A DNA stretch of 64,000 nucleotides from Chiloscyllium plagiosum. Lineage: Eukaryota. Location of the stretch: positions 74,719,403 to 74,783,402 of the forward strand of contig NC_057718.1 of NCBI RefSeq assembly GCF_004010195.1. Reading direction: 5' to 3'. Within the stretch, counting starts at the first letter, position 1. Each line of letters begins with the position of its first letter. Of the stretch, positions 26,930 to 40,261 are shown piece after piece. The notes beneath the pieces were generated by a model, which searched no databases, was not told the DNA's origin, and saw only the letters and a program-made list of their open reading frames with translations. Position numbers and translations under genes: made by a program.

Positions 26930-27510
26930 AGGTATTCTCAAATGTCCCCTTAAACATCTGCCACTGCTTCCCTATTGATCTATCGGTTAGCCTCGTATCC
27001 GAGTGCACCTAAGCTAGCTTAGCTTTTATGTCGACAAAGCTGCCCTTATTTAAGTTTAAAATACTGATCTGTACACTGTCATATCCCTTTCAAAATGAAA
27101 GCAAAATTCAATCATATTATCATCAATGCTACTTTAGGCATGCCTTTACTCTGAGGTCATAAGTTAATACTATCATAATCCAGAATACCAAGTCTTGCAT
27201 AGCCTTCTCTCTAATTGCTTCTTATACATGCTTCTGAGGAACAATCTCAAAAGCATTCTATGACTTCTTCATATAAGCTACTATTGTCAATCTGATCTTT
27301 CCAGTTTAAATGTAGATTAAAATCCTGTCACTTTATCAAAAAGTACACAATACTTCTTTCTGTATACTCCATCTTATATTACATTCAATGTTAGGGAGCA
27401 TGTAGGCCACCCCTAATATGATTCTTCACCTCCAACAAACTGATTTTACTTCCTTATCTCTTTAAAATGATCATCTGTAACTACTGCACCACTGCCATTC
27501 TTGACTAACA
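26930..27510 (-). mobile_element. old CR1 endonuclease-region fragment
   Basis: Degenerate similarity to the EN/linker region of other CR1 copies. Confidence 0.5.
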
Positions 27511-27764
27511 GTATCCACTTTGGACAAATGTGGTCAGGAGCTGAATGGGCCTTGGAGAACCCAAAGACCATCAGTGAGATGGTTATTGTTGAGTAAGAGC
27601 AGCAAAAAATATCTTAGCTCACTTTTCTGATAACTGAGAAGAGATTGATGGACAGTAACTGGGTAGGATGGCTTGACCCAGCTTTTGGCAGGAGATAGCT
27701 GGACAATTTTTACATTGTCAGTGTGCAATGTGTTTTTTTTCCCATTCTGACAGTTGTTGTCTTT

Positions 27765-28145
27765 CCTTTGTTTTGAATGGCAGGGTAAGGCACATGGGAG
27801 GTCTAAAAAGCTAAATTGTACCTATTTTAATGAAAGGAACTTGAGTGATAAGGTGGATAAACTTAGAGCATTGATCAGCACATGGGAATATGATGTTCTT
27901 GCAATCACTGAGACATGGTTGAAGAAAGGACAGAACTGGCAGTTCAACATTCCAGGGTGTAGAAGTTTCAGGTGTGATATAAGGGTGAAGTGAGAGAGGT
28001 GGGGCATTGCATTACTAATCAAGGAAACCATAGCTGGAATCAATTCACATCTTACAGGGTTCTTCAAACGGGGCCATCGGGGTAGAGCTTAGAAATAAAA
28101 AAAGGAGTAACTACTTTGCTGGGAGTATACTACAGGCCTTCCTAT
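27765..28145 (+). mobile_element. CR1 endonuclease fragment
   Basis: LNCTYFNERNL.DKVDKL, YDVLAITETWL. Confidence 0.8.
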
Positions 28146-28149
28146 AGGC

Positions 28150-31100
28150 CAATTAGAGGAAGGTGAGAAGAGCAACAGGGATATAGATATAAGGGGTTGC
28201 AGGAGCTCACCCAACAACAGTACCATAGTTAAACCTTTATTGGACATTATGGGATTGAAAAATCTTAAATTTGTTTTGAAAACTGCCAACATAAATGTGC
28301 ATAGCATAAAACCACCATGTGATATGAACATACATGGCCAAAATTAAAACAGATCTCCTGTTTCTGCAAGAGTGCAGGATACCACACCTCACCCAAAGAA
28401 ACTCAAACATATAAACAGAAAGCAGGAATTATCAACAGTGCTTCGCCTGGAGGCCCACTCAAGATGTTACCTAGTAGACTGACGAAACGTCTGGAAATGA
28501 ATCTTCCAGCTCAGTGAGCAAACCTACATTCAGACCAGACACCTCAGCAGCTACAGGAAATAGTCAAGCTAGTGGGTCCATGGACCATTGATTTGGTCAA
28601 GGGTTACAATTGCCCTTTCTCCAGCCTGGGGATTCTGTTGCAAGGAGATATCGCCACCACCTCTGAAGGAGTTAGAGAGCAGGCATTTCTTTGAAGCAGT
28701 TGTCATGTACAGAAATGCTCCCCTAAGATTAATAAACGTGTACATCCAAGTGGTAAAAAGCAAGCGGTTGGCCATCCTTCAGCATTGGTAATTCTGACTG
28801 TTGACTTCAACTGCATCAATGATGCAACTTGACAATCCAAAGGGGATGACAGCAAACTGGATGCCATGTCTGGATTCCTGATGGAAATGGTTAAAGCTGT
28901 CAAGGTGCATGATATCTTCAATAGCCCTTCAGGCATAGCACCGCATCAATACAGTTATCACAGCTAGACTGGTCTATCCACTCAAGGACAAATTTCCAGC
29001 AAGATCCAGTGACGTCAAGGAAGTGTTCATCTCTGACCACTGTCTCCTGCAGGCCGACTGTCTCCTGCTGTACAACCAGGTAGCTGGCAAGGGAACGTAG
29101 AACCTGAACTTGAAACTTATGACCCCAGAAAACATAGAGGAACTCAAAAGGGATTACAAAGAGTGGAGAACTGTGAAACCTCTGAGTTTCCACCAAACTG
29201 GTGGGAAACAGTCAAGGGGAATCTCAAGAGGTTATTCATCTTCAAAGGCGTTCAAAAGAGATAGGTAAAATTGTCAAAACTCCAGAAAAGAATGCAGAAA
29301 CTATTCCTATTGCAGACAATGGGGTTGATGTCATGGAGAATCTTTAGGTGAAGAGCCAGTGCACCTTGTTGCCTCAGGAGCCTCCAAGATAACCTTCCGG
29401 TCCAGGATCCACAACTGGCTCACAAACTGTTCTTCCAGAAGGTGCACGGGGCAGTGGTGGGGCTCTGGTATTAATAGCCTGAAAGAAGAAGCCAGCTCAG
29501 TGACATCATCTCATTCAGACATCCTTAGGATCAGCAAATCCATTTATGTCAGACTGTACGGCATGAAACCACCAAGAGCACAGCCTCCTGGCTGCTCCTG
29601 TCCTCTATCATGAAGGACAGCATGTGGGAGTGTCGGGACCAGCTATCATCTCTCGATGAGCTGATTAAGGCCTGCAAGTCTTTTTAGCAGGGTAAAACTC
29701 CCAGAAATGATGGCTTACTACTGAGTTGTATTCAGCTCTGTAGAACTTGATCGGCCAGACTTGACGAAGGGCATATCACCCTCATCTACAAACTGAAGGG
29801 GAAGAAGGAGGAAATCAGAAATTACTGACCAAATTCATTGCTGAATGCAGATTACAAAATCCTGTCAAAATTCATCATCAGCAGGTTCAGGTCTGCTCTG
29901 GGACCGGTAATTCACCCCAACCAAATCTGTGCTGTACCAACCAGGAAGATCTCTAAGAACCTCACACAACTCAATCGCCTCCAGCGGGACAAACGAATGG
30001 ATATCTGCCTCATGAAACTGGACCAGAAAGCCTTTGACAGGATATTACACACCTATATGTGGGTTGTGCTCTCCAAACTGGGCTCTGGGAAGGGAATCCA
30101 TAATTGGATCTGACTACGCTGCAACATATTAGTACAATCTCAATCAACAGGTGGGAATCAGAAAGCTTCTTGATCAGATCTGGTGTCAGGGTAGGCTGTC
30201 CTCTCTCTGCTACCTTGTTGGTGTTTTGTATAGAACCTTTTGCCAAGTCCATCAGGAAGGATGCAAGCCTGAGAAGGGTGACTACTCCAGCCAGTGGAGT
30301 CCTGCAGGTCACACCCTCTCCGCACATGGATGGTGTCGCCAGTTTCTCAGATCCATTGTCAGTGCAGACTCACAAACATATGTGACCAGTATAAACTGGC
30401 CTTGTGAGCCAAAGTAAATTGAGGCAAGAGCGAAGTCTTGTTCTTTGGGAAATGGGCCAACCGATCCTTTATCCCCTTCACTGTGGGACAGATTATTTGA
30501 TGTTACTGGGAATATGGCTCGGAGGAGTCTGTGTAAAAATGTGGGAGGAGAATATTGCCAAGGTGAGGTGGAAAATATGCTACGGAGCACCGCTCCCTCT
30601 TCATTGCAGGTAAAAACCTGGTCATCAAGTGTGAGACACTGTCAGTCTTACCATGCATGGTGCAAGTCTAGCCCATTCCATGAACCTATGCCTGAGCCAT
30701 CTTCCACTTCATCTGGAGATCAAAGATGGACCATGTCCTCGAGGGCACCATGTGCAAAGCTCTGAGTAAGTAGGCGGGGAAGAACATACCCAACACTGCC
30801 TTCATCCTGATGGCTACCTTTGTGTGTGGCTCAATTAAGCTGTGCGTAGGTTCTAAGTACACAAACACCATGTGTCACTATGCACTGAGATTTGATCTGC
30901 CCCTGATGTTGCGAAGGATGGATCTGGCCTCAGTGCCATAGTGCTTCCAAGTAGTTGAGCTCTTCCATAGCACCTATCCTTCATGGAAAAATTTATGAAG
31001 AAAAACACTTTTGACTCTAAACCCATCAGGAAGTGGTCAGTACACAGTGTCCTTGAGACCCTGCTACTCAAGGAGATGGTGAATCCTGTTACACAATTCC

Positions 31101-31390
31101 AGCAGCAGATCATCAAGGTCATTTGGCAGAAAGCCGTAATATCAGAAATTTCCCACAAGTACTAAGATGTAACTGGGCTGATGGCAAGAAGAGCACTGCT
31201 GTCAGATGCCTTATGCAGATCTGATATCTGTGTGCTATCGCTGCCCTCAAAACAGCTGCGTTGGTGCATAGACTGTCACTCATCTCCTCTGGAATGCATC
31301 TTTACAATGAATCTGGAGAGAGATGCACTAGTTTTTGTCAAGGTTCATTCCAAGCAGCTCCCTGATATAGGGCTGTGTTCCATAGACATT
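28150..31390 (+). mobile_element. Tx1/L1-clade LINE ORF2, decayed
   Basis: LRLINVY, DFNC, LLNADYKILSK, IHPNQICAVP, LDQKAFDR, SGVRVGCPLS..L..FCIEPF. Confidence 0.85.
28455..28494 (+). ncRNA. degenerate hammerhead motif (family 3) in a short insert within Tx1
   Basis: cca-CUCAAGA-...-GAA-ACGU-C-ugg; stem I cca/ugg paired; core G mutated to C. Confidence 0.55.
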
Positions 31391-32053
31391 GCATTATAAT
31401 ACCGGAACCATCACTGAGTAATGAACAATGAAGTCCTCGAAGGATTTTCAAATAAGGCCATGGATAGAGCTTAGAAGTAGGGAAGGTGTGATTACCTTAC
31501 TGGGAATTTACAGAGGCTTCTCAACAGTCAGAGAGAAAGAGAGAAGCAGATATGCTGGCAAATCACAGAAAGGTGCAAGAGAAACCGCTTTATAGTTCCA
31601 GGGGACTTCAATTTTCCTTACATTAACAGAGATCATCTTAGTGTGAAAGGATTAACTGGGGTGGAATTTTTCAAGTGCATCCAGAAGATCTTCTTGTGCC
31701 AGCACACAGAAAATCCTAATACAGATGGGGCAGAGCTAGACCTAATCCTCAGGAATGAAACCAGTCAAATGGTTCAAGTTTCAGTGGGTGAGCATTTTGG
31801 GGATAGTGACCATAACTCTAAGTTTCAGTCTTTATGGAAAGGGATATTGCTAGTGCAGAAAGGCCAAGTTCAATATCATTAGAAAGGATCTGGCAAGCAT
31901 TGACTGCAAGAGGCTCCTTGCAGCTAAGTATACATTTGGAAAGCAGAAGTCTTTTAAAAGTAGCATTGTGAGAATTGAGTGCTGCATATTCCTCGAAGAG
32001 CAAAGGATAATGCAGCAATGCATAGAACCCTGGATTTCAAGTGATATTGAGAG

Positions 32054-32423
32054 CTGAAAATGTGTTGCTGGAAAAGCGCAGCAGGTCAGGCAGCATCCAG
32101 GGAACAGGAGAATCGACGTTTAGGGCATAAGCCCTTCTTCAGGAATGAGGAAAGTTTGTCCAGCAGGCTAAGATAAAAGGTAGGGAGGAGGGACTTGGGG
32201 GAGGGGCGTCGGAAATGTGATAGGTGGAAAGAGGTCAAGGTGAGGGTGATAGGTCAGACGGGGGTGGGGGCGGAGAGGTCGGGAAGAAGATTGCAGGTTA
32301 GGAAGGCGGTGCTGAATTCGATGGATTTGACTGAGACAAGGTGGGGGGAGGGGAAATGAGGAAACTGGTGAAACCCGAGTTCATCCCTTGTGGTTGGAGG
32401 ATTCCTAGGCGGAAGATGAGGCG
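32054..32423 (-). mobile_element. PLE 3' end with terminus
   Basis: Minus strand reads RLIFRLGILQPQGMN..F (PLE C-terminus) followed by the terminal unit; hammerhead GAAA mutated to TAAA. Confidence 0.8.
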
Positions 32424-32683
32424 NNNNNNNNNNNNNNNNNNNNNNNNNNNNNNNNNNNNNNNNNNNNNNNNNNNNNNNNNNNNNNNNNNNNNNNNNNNNN
32501 NNNNNNNNNNNNNNNNNNNNNNNNNNNNNNNNNNNNNNNNNNNNNNNNNNNNNNNNNNNNNNNNNNNNNNNNNNNNNNNNNNNNNNNNNNNNNNNNNNNN
32601 NNNNNNNNNNNNNNNNNNNNNNNNNNNNNNNNNNNNNNNNNNNNNNNNNNNNNNNNNNNNNNNNNNNNNNNNNNNNNNNNNNN
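32424..32683. other. assembly gap
   Basis: N run. Confidence 1.
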
Positions 32684-34892
32684 GTTAGGGTCTGGAACAC
32701 AGTGTCTGAGAGTGTGGAATTGGCCTGGTCAATCCAGGGATTGGGGTCTGGAAGACAGTGCCTGAGAGTGTGTGATAGGCCGGATTACACCAGGGGTTAG
32801 GGTCTGGAAGACTGTGCCTGAGAGTGTGGGGTAGGCAGGGTGAATCCAGGGGTTAGGGTCAAGAACAAAGTGCCTGAGAGCGTGGGATAGGCCGGATTAA
32901 TCCAGGGGTTAGGGTCTGGAACACGGTGTCTGAGAGTGTGGGATAAGCCGGGACAATCCAGAGGTTCGGGTCTGGAACACAGTTACTGAGATTGTGGGAT
33001 AGGCCGGATTACTCCAGGGGTTAGGGTCTGGAACAGAGTGCTTGAGAGAGTGGGATAGGCTGGTTTAATCCAGGGGTAAGGGTCTGGAACTCAGAGCTTG
33101 AGAGTGTGGGATAAACCAGTTTATTCCAGGGGTTAGGGTCTGGAACAGTGTCTGAGAGTGTTGGATAGGCCGGATTAATCCAGGTGTTAGGGTCTGGAAT
33201 ACAGTGCCTGAGAGTGCGGGGTAGGCCGGATTAATTCAGGGGTTAGGGTCTGGAACACACGCCTAGAGAGAGTGGGATCGGCCAGATTAATCCAGGGGTT
33301 AGGGTGTCTAACACAATGTCTCAGGGTGTGGGAGAGGCTGAGTCAATCCAGGAGTTAGGGTCTGGAACACAGTGCTTGAGAGAGTGGGATAGGCTGATTT
33401 AATCCAGGGGTTAGAGTCTGGAACACAGTGCCTGAGATTGTGGGATAAACCGGAATAATCCAGGGGTTAGGGTCTGGAACACAGTGCCTGAGAGAGTGGG
33501 ATAGGCCAGATTAATCCAGGGGTTAAGGTTTCTAACACAATGTCTCAGGGTGTGGGAGAGGCTGAGTCAATCCAGGGGTTAGGGTCTGGAACACAGTGCT
33601 TGAGAGAATGGGATAGGCTGGTTTAATCCAGGGGTTAGAGTCTGGAACACAGTGCCTGAGATTGTGGGATAAACCGGAATAATCCCGGTGTTAGGGTCTG
33701 TAACAAAGTGCCTGAGTGTGTGGGGTGGCCGGGAAGGTGCAGGGGTTAGGATCTGGACCTCAGTAGCTGAGAGTGTGGGGAGGCTGGATCGATCCAGGAG
33801 TTAGGGTCTGTAATACAGTGTCTGAGAGTTTTGGGTAGGCCTATTAATCCAGGGGTTAGGGTCTGGAACACACTGCTCGAGAGTGTGGGGCAGGTCAGAT
33901 TAATGCACGGGTTAGCGTCTGGAACACAGTAACTGAGAATGTGGGATAGGCCAGTTTAATTCAGGGGTTCGGGTCTGGAACACAGTGTCTGAGAGAGTGG
34001 GATAGGCCGGATTAATCCACGGGTTAGGTTCAGGAACACAGTGCCTGAGAGTGTGGAATAGGCCGGATTATTCCACAGGTTAGGATCTCGAACACAGTGC
34101 CTGAGAGTGTGGGATAGGCCGGATTTATCCAGGGGTTAGGGTGTGGAACACAGTGCCTGAGGCTGTGGGGGTGGCCGGGAAGGTGCAGTGGTTAGGATCT
34201 GGAACTCAGTAGCTGAGAGTGTGGGGAGGCTGAGTCAATCCAGGAGTTAGGGTCTGTAATACAGTGTCTGAGAGTGTTGTGTCGGCCTATTAATCCAGGT
34301 GTTAGGGTCTGGAACACACTGCTAGAGAGTGTGGGGTAGGTCAGATTAATGCAAGGGTTAGTGTCTGGAACACAGTACCTGAGAATGTGGGATAGGCCAG
34401 TTTAATTCAGGGGTTAGGGTCTGGAACACAGTGTCTGAGAGAGTGGGATAGGCTAATTAATCCACGGGTTAGGTTCTGGAACACAGTGCCTGAGAGTGTG
34501 GAATAGGCCGGATTATTCCACGAGTTAGGGTATCGAACACAGTGCCTGAGAGTGTGGGAAAGGCCGGATTTATCCAGGTGTTCGGGTCTGGAACACAGTG
34601 TTTGAGAGTGTGTGATCGGCCAGATTAATCCAGGGGTAAGGTTCTGGAACACAGTGTCTGATAGTGCGGGGAGGCAGCTTTAATGCAGGTGTTCGGGTCT
34701 AGAACACAATGTCAGAGAGTGTGTGGGAGGCTGGTTGAATGCAGTTGGATGGGTCAGGAAAACCGTGCCTGAGAGTGTGCAATACGCCGGAGTAATTCAG
34801 GGGTTAGGGTCTGGAACACAGTGTCAGAAAGTGTGGGGTAGGCCGGGTCAATCCAGGGTTAGGGTCTGGAACGCAGTGTCTGAGAGTGCGGA
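32684..34892 (+). repeat. 56-bp tandem minisatellite, ~39 copies, TTAGGG in most units
   Basis: Consensus ccaggggttagggtctggaacacagtgcctgagagtgtgggataggccggattaat; period 56 (e.g. 32692 to 32748). Confidence 0.95.
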
Positions 34893-34980
34893 TTCCCTGG
34901 ATGCTGCCTGACCTGCTGCACTTTTCCAGCAACACATTTTCAGCTCTGATCTCCAGCATCTGCAGACCTCACTTTCTCCT
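34893..34980 (+). mobile_element. PLE terminal unit, inverted relative to 32054
   Basis: Reverse complement of 32051-32104 plus the tail tgatctccagcatctgcagacctcactttctcc. Confidence 0.85.
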
Positions 34981-36196
34981 CAAAGAGATATTGAGAGTTC
35001 TACAAAGCAAAAGGAAGCTTATACCACCTACAGCACATTAAAAAGTATAGACTGTAGGAGGTTGCTTAAAAAAGAAATTAAAAGGAGAAAGAAGAGCAAC
35101 GAAATATCTTTGACCGATGGGATTAAGAAAACCTCAAAGCATTTTAAACGTATGATAAGAGTAAGAGGATTACCAGGAAAGAGTGCAAGTATTTTAAAAT
35201 AAAGGAGCAACTTGTGCTTTGAGCCAGTGGACATGGGTGAAGTTTTAAAATGAATACTTCTCATCAACATTCAGAGGAAAAATACATTGTAGCTGCAGAT
35301 TTAAATTGGGAAGATGAAGTACTAGTACACATTAAGATTAATATGAAGGAGGTATTAGACATTTTAGAGGGCACACATAGATAAACCCCCAGGGCTTAAT
35401 GAGACATATCACAAGCTATTATGGAAGACAAGGAAGTAGATTGTTAGGGTCCTGACAGATGTATTTAATACTTTTCTGGCCTCAAGTGAAATGCCAGATG
35501 ACTGGAGGATAACTAAATGTGATTCCTTTATTCACGAAAGGCAGCAGGGTACGCCAGGTTATTACTATTCAGTTATTCTGGTGTCAGTGGTAGGGAAAGT
35601 TTTGGAAAACTATTCTGAAGGACAGTATTAATCAATACTTGGAAAGGCAGGGATTGATCAGGGATAGTCAACACAAACTGTTACAGGGAGATCCTGTCTG
35701 ACTAATTTAATTGATTTGTTTTGAAAAGGAGACTAAATATATTGATGAAGGTAGTTCTGTTTACATAGACTTCACTAAGGCCTTTGACAAGGTCCTACGT
35801 TGAAGACTCAAAAGGTAAAAGACCATGGGATCAAGTTGGCAAACTGGATCAAACCTGGCTTGCAAATTAGAGGCAAAAGATGATGGTGAAGGGTTTTACT
35901 TTTGTGATTAGAAGCCTATGACCAGTAGTGTACCATAGAGGCCAGTGCAGGGACTCTTGCTGTTCGTTGTATACTTTAACGACTTGTACGTGAATGATAT
36001 TGATCAGTTGGTAAACTGGGCAAAGCAATGACACATAGAATTTAATCCTGATAAGGGTGATGTGATGCATTTTGGAGATCTTATAAGGGAAAGACAAAAC
36101 AAATGCTAAGTCCTAGGGAGCACGAGGAACAAAGGGATCTTGGTGTACAAGTCCATCGGTCATTGAAGATATCAGTCAGCACAAACAGATACGGTG

Positions 36197-36367
36197 ACAG
36201 AAAGTAAGGACTGCAGATGTTGGGGATCAAAGTCAAGAATGTAATGCTGGAAAAGCACAGGTCAGGCAGCATCCGAGCAGCAGAAGGGCTTATGCCCAGA
36301 ACTTCGCTTCTCCTGCTCCTCAGATGCTGTCTGACCTGCTGTGCTTTTCCAGCACCACAATTTCAAC
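36197..36367. mobile_element. palindromic PLE-terminus insertion
   Basis: Inverted arms; TSD acaaacagatacggtg / acagacagacacggtg. Confidence 0.75.
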
Positions 36368-37099
36368 ACAGACAGACACGGTGTTGAAGAAGTCTTATCA
36401 GATGCTTGCCTACATTAGTCTTGGCATAGAATTTAGGAACAAAGAAAACTTGTTGCAATATTATAAAATATTAATTAGGCCACAGATAGAATACTGCTGC
36501 GATTCACGTCACGAAGGATGTGATTGCACTGAAGAGAGTGCAGAGGAGACTCTCCTGGATGCTGCCTAGGATGAAAAGTCTAAGTTATGAAGAGAGACTG
36601 GATAGGCTGGTTTTACTTTCCTTGGAGCAGAGGAGGCTCAGGACCATCTGATTGTGGTATACTAAATGGCGAGGCATAAACAGAATGGATCGTGAGAATC
36701 TCTTGCCCATGACAGATGTGTCTAAGACCACAGGGCATTAGTTTAAGGTGAGGACAAGTCAGTTAGAGGAGATTTGAGAAAATAAAATTCAACCAGAGGG
36801 TGGTAGATATATGGAATATGCTGCCTGAGAGGACAGTGGAGGCAGGTATTCTTGCAGCATTTAAGAAGCATCTGGATAAGTACTTAAAATACCAGGGCAT
36901 AGTAGGGTATGCATCAAGTGGATTGGGATGAGTGTAGTTTGCTTTTGTTGGTGAGCACAGGCATGGTGGGTTGAAGGGCCTCTTTAAATCTATATGACTT
37001 ATCAGCTTTTACATCAGGAGTCTTTACATCAGCTCCATAAATTCATGACTTCCACACTGGTGGTTAAGACCTTTGAAAAATGAAAATCGAGTCTGTTCA

Positions 37100-37460
37100 C
37101 CGTATAAATTCAAGTAACAGTCGATCTCATGTAAACACCGACCCCTATTTTAGGCCAGAAAATCTGGAATTTTCCATATATCTCATGTAAAAGTCAACCC
37201 TAGTTCTTCACAGATAACAAATAAACTTTTGAGTCAGTGTGCTGGCTATCGCAGACCGCCCCAGGTTTTCAGAATTGCCGTAAATGTTTGTTTTCTTTAT
37301 TCGTTTAGAGATCAATTAGGCTTCAGCTAATGATAAGGTATGAATTTTGATAGGCATGAATTTCAGCCATTCAAAAGTAATATCCTTGTTATAGTCGACC
37401 ACATAAATTTATCCTTAAAAAGTAGTCAAAAAATTCAACCACTATTTGAATATAACCAGT
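37100..37460. mobile_element. possible Tigger/pogo-like MITE
   Basis: Starts ccgtataaattcaagta with a degenerate inverted end (tatttgaatataaccagta); internal gtcgac-type sub-repeats. Confidence 0.4.
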
Positions 37461-37719
37461 AAATTCAGCACTTTTTTCAAAATAGCACAGCTGAGTTTGA
37501 GTTTCCTGCCTAAGAGACTCACGTCCTCCACATTTCTCCAGCAGCAAAAATGGTAACAGATAAAAAAAGTGGCAGGATTTCTGCCTCAGAGTTTCTCCTA
37601 CCATTTTTAAATGTCTCCAGAATAATTCTATCTCCACAATATTCCTGCTCATATTGGTTACATAAAAACAAACCAACAGGGTAAAAACATTACCTTCACC
37701 CATCTTCAGTGATGGAGGC

Positions 37720-39060
37720 AACCAAATGGTATATGTTCTGAGACTGTCCTGGTCATAACAAAATGGTGACTTCCCATGTCAAGCCATTTGAAACCAGGAA
37801 GAGCTTTTTCTTGAAACAAGTCAGGAAGGATTGTATATAATCTGCACATAGCAACAATGAAATGAAATCTTACTAATCGCTTCACAAATTGATATTCACC
37901 TTCGCTGCACTTCATTTTAATAAAATCTGCTTTCTCCCGATCCAAAGCCATCTTTTGTAGGCCATCTTTGTCCTTGTCCATAACAAATTTGAACTATACA
38001 ATGTTGTAGTCACTGGCGCCAAAAACTTCCCTCACTGCCACATTGAACACTTCATTGCCCACAACCAGACCCAGCACTGCATTATCGCTTGCTGTGCTTT
38101 CTATAAATTGATACAAAACACTCCCCTGAATACAGTTCAAGAAACCGACCACCTCTAAACCCTTAATACCATCCGAATTTAAATTGGGAATGTTGCAATC
38201 CCTAGTATAATTGCTAGATTATTACTCTTATATACATCAGTGAACTGTCTATATATTTGCTCCTCTATTTCCCACTGACTCTTTCGGAGATCTATAATAC
38301 ACTCCCAGTAATGTGACTGCCCCCTTTAACATTCCTAAGTTCTACTCAACAAGTCGTGCTTGAAGACTTTTCCAAGATATCATCTCTCGTTATTACAGTA
38401 ACTGATGCCTTAGTTAATGGTGCTACTCCACCACTCTTTTTACACCCACCTCTATCTCACAAAGATTTTATACCTTTCCCTTAACTATGTTTGTGTGATG
38501 GCAATAAAATCACACCTCCATGTGTCAATCCAGACCTTTAACTCAACAGTCTTACCTATTACACTCTTGCATTAAAGACTATCCGGCCTTCCCTTACTCT
38601 CTTGAGACTCAACATAGCTGAACTCACTCTGACTTATATGATTACCAATCCTTTGGCCACTTTGCCACTGCCTTTCACCACGTTATATGCTTTCTCTTTT
38701 GCTTTTATGCTGTCCCCGACTTCTCTGGTCAGCCATGATTGCCTCATCCTCCCTTTAGTAAGTTTCTTTTTCCTCGGGATGAATTCTTGCTGCGTCTCCC
38801 GAATTAGTCCCAGAAACTCATGCCATTGCTGTTCCAATGTCTTTCCTGCTAGGCTCCTCTCGTAGTCAACTCTGGAAACCCATATACAATATTTTAGGTA
38901 TGGTCTCACCAATGCTCTATATAACTGATGCATAATATCCTTCACTCTATGTTCAGTTCTTCTCTTAATAAAGGACAGCACCTCATTATCAATCTGGATT
39001 ACATGCTACCTTTTTGTGACAGATGCACCTGAACACACAAATCCCTCTGTGCCTCAGAAT
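37720..39060 (-). mobile_element. adjacent CR1 fragments
   Basis: EN-region decay; QQWHEFLG...QSWLTREV; LYRALVRPYLKYC. Confidence 0.7.
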
Positions 39061-39061
39061 A

Positions 39062-39150
39062 GCTCTGATGAAGGGTCACTGGACTTGAAACATGAACTCT
39101 GCTTTCTCTCCACAGATGCTGCCAGACCTGCTGTGTTTCTGCATCAATTT
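39062..39150 (+). ncRNA. PLE terminus with degenerate hammerhead motif
   Basis: CUGAUGA-a-GGGUC(acug)GACUU-GAAAC; stem III and cleavage site mutated. Confidence 0.6.
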
Positions 39151-39189
39151 CAATTGGTTTGAGATTTTCAGCGTCTTTGTGCTGTCTTG

Positions 39190-39594
39190 CAGGCAAAATA
39201 TGAAAATCTAACCACACCCTGCAGTTAAGAATGAATAAGAACACTGCAGTTAAGAATCTAACCACACCCTGCAGTTAAAAAAAAAACAATTTAAATCAGA
39301 TCCTGCAGTTAATGAATGGGCTAATCACATTCTTTCTGGAAATAATCAAATCACTACATTCTGTCTTGAGTGGCATGTGACTATGGGAGTGGCTGAGGAA
39401 TTGTCTTTGGTGACATGTGACTGTGATATAAAATCATGTATAAAGGAAGACTGTCATCTTTTGTTCAGGGTGAGATCTCTTGACACGGCTGCACAAGCCT
39501 TACGAACAGTGTTTCTTTAAAAGCTTGCACTTGCTTAATAAATATTTGCTGTTCACAGACGTTGGCATATTCCAGTTGCATCAAGTTTGTAACA
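39190..39594 (+). mobile_element. possible solo LTR
   Basis: TATAAA, AATAAA and a ...tgtaaca end; 5' boundary unclear. Confidence 0.35.
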
Positions 39595-40261
39595 ATCTCA
39601 AGAAAAATCACCTAACACTGCTGCACCCATTCTCGTTACACACAATCTTTCCTGTATGTCATTGCAAAAGAGACTAACCCATAACCAAGCAGACAGGCAG
39701 ACTCTGTGAGGGGCTGAGTTGCTCATCAAGCTGTTTGGCCATTTGCTTTAATATATAGCACTGTCTACCTAGTCCAGGATTCTGCACATCTTCTCGAGGC
39801 CTATATTCCACAACAACTTTGTGGAAGCATAGCCAGCATTGTAATTTTATTCTGCAGCATTCTGAGGATTTCTTAGAGATGCCAAGGCACCAGGTTTGAA
39901 TGGCACTCTTCTTGATCACCAAACATCTTTTTATTGAGGACCTTGCAAAGAGTCTGTCACCTCCAGTATATTTAAGTCTTAACAACTCCCTAGATATCAA
40001 GTGCTAGCATGCAAACTTTGGCTCTTCTAATCACAAATGAGTCAGACATTAAGGGGTGGGAATCCTTTTCCATTTACAAATTGGTGACAGGATGTATTGA
40101 AAACTCTGCAGGATGTACTCTGCAACTGCAAGGCAGTGTGGAATGAGAATCCTGTTGGCCCAGGATTGGCTCAGTCAATCCTGAACACGTTTATGGGTGG
40201 AGGCCAGAAAAGTGGGCAGAGATCCCAATAGGTCCCTAGAAAAAGTCACTTGCAATAAAAT

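Larger units (their letters stand above)
31400..37000 (+). mobile_element. CR1 ORF2 split by the 32054-34980 insertion
   Basis: EN motifs (GDFNF, LDLILRNE, GEHFGDSDHN) at 31400-32050; linker, RT and 3' end continue from 34987. Confidence 0.8.

Noticed and set aside
32684..34892. CRISPR-like array or true telomere
   Set aside because: Whole units repeat with no unique spacers, the context is eukaryotic, and TTAGGG occurs singly per unit rather than as (TTAGGG)n.
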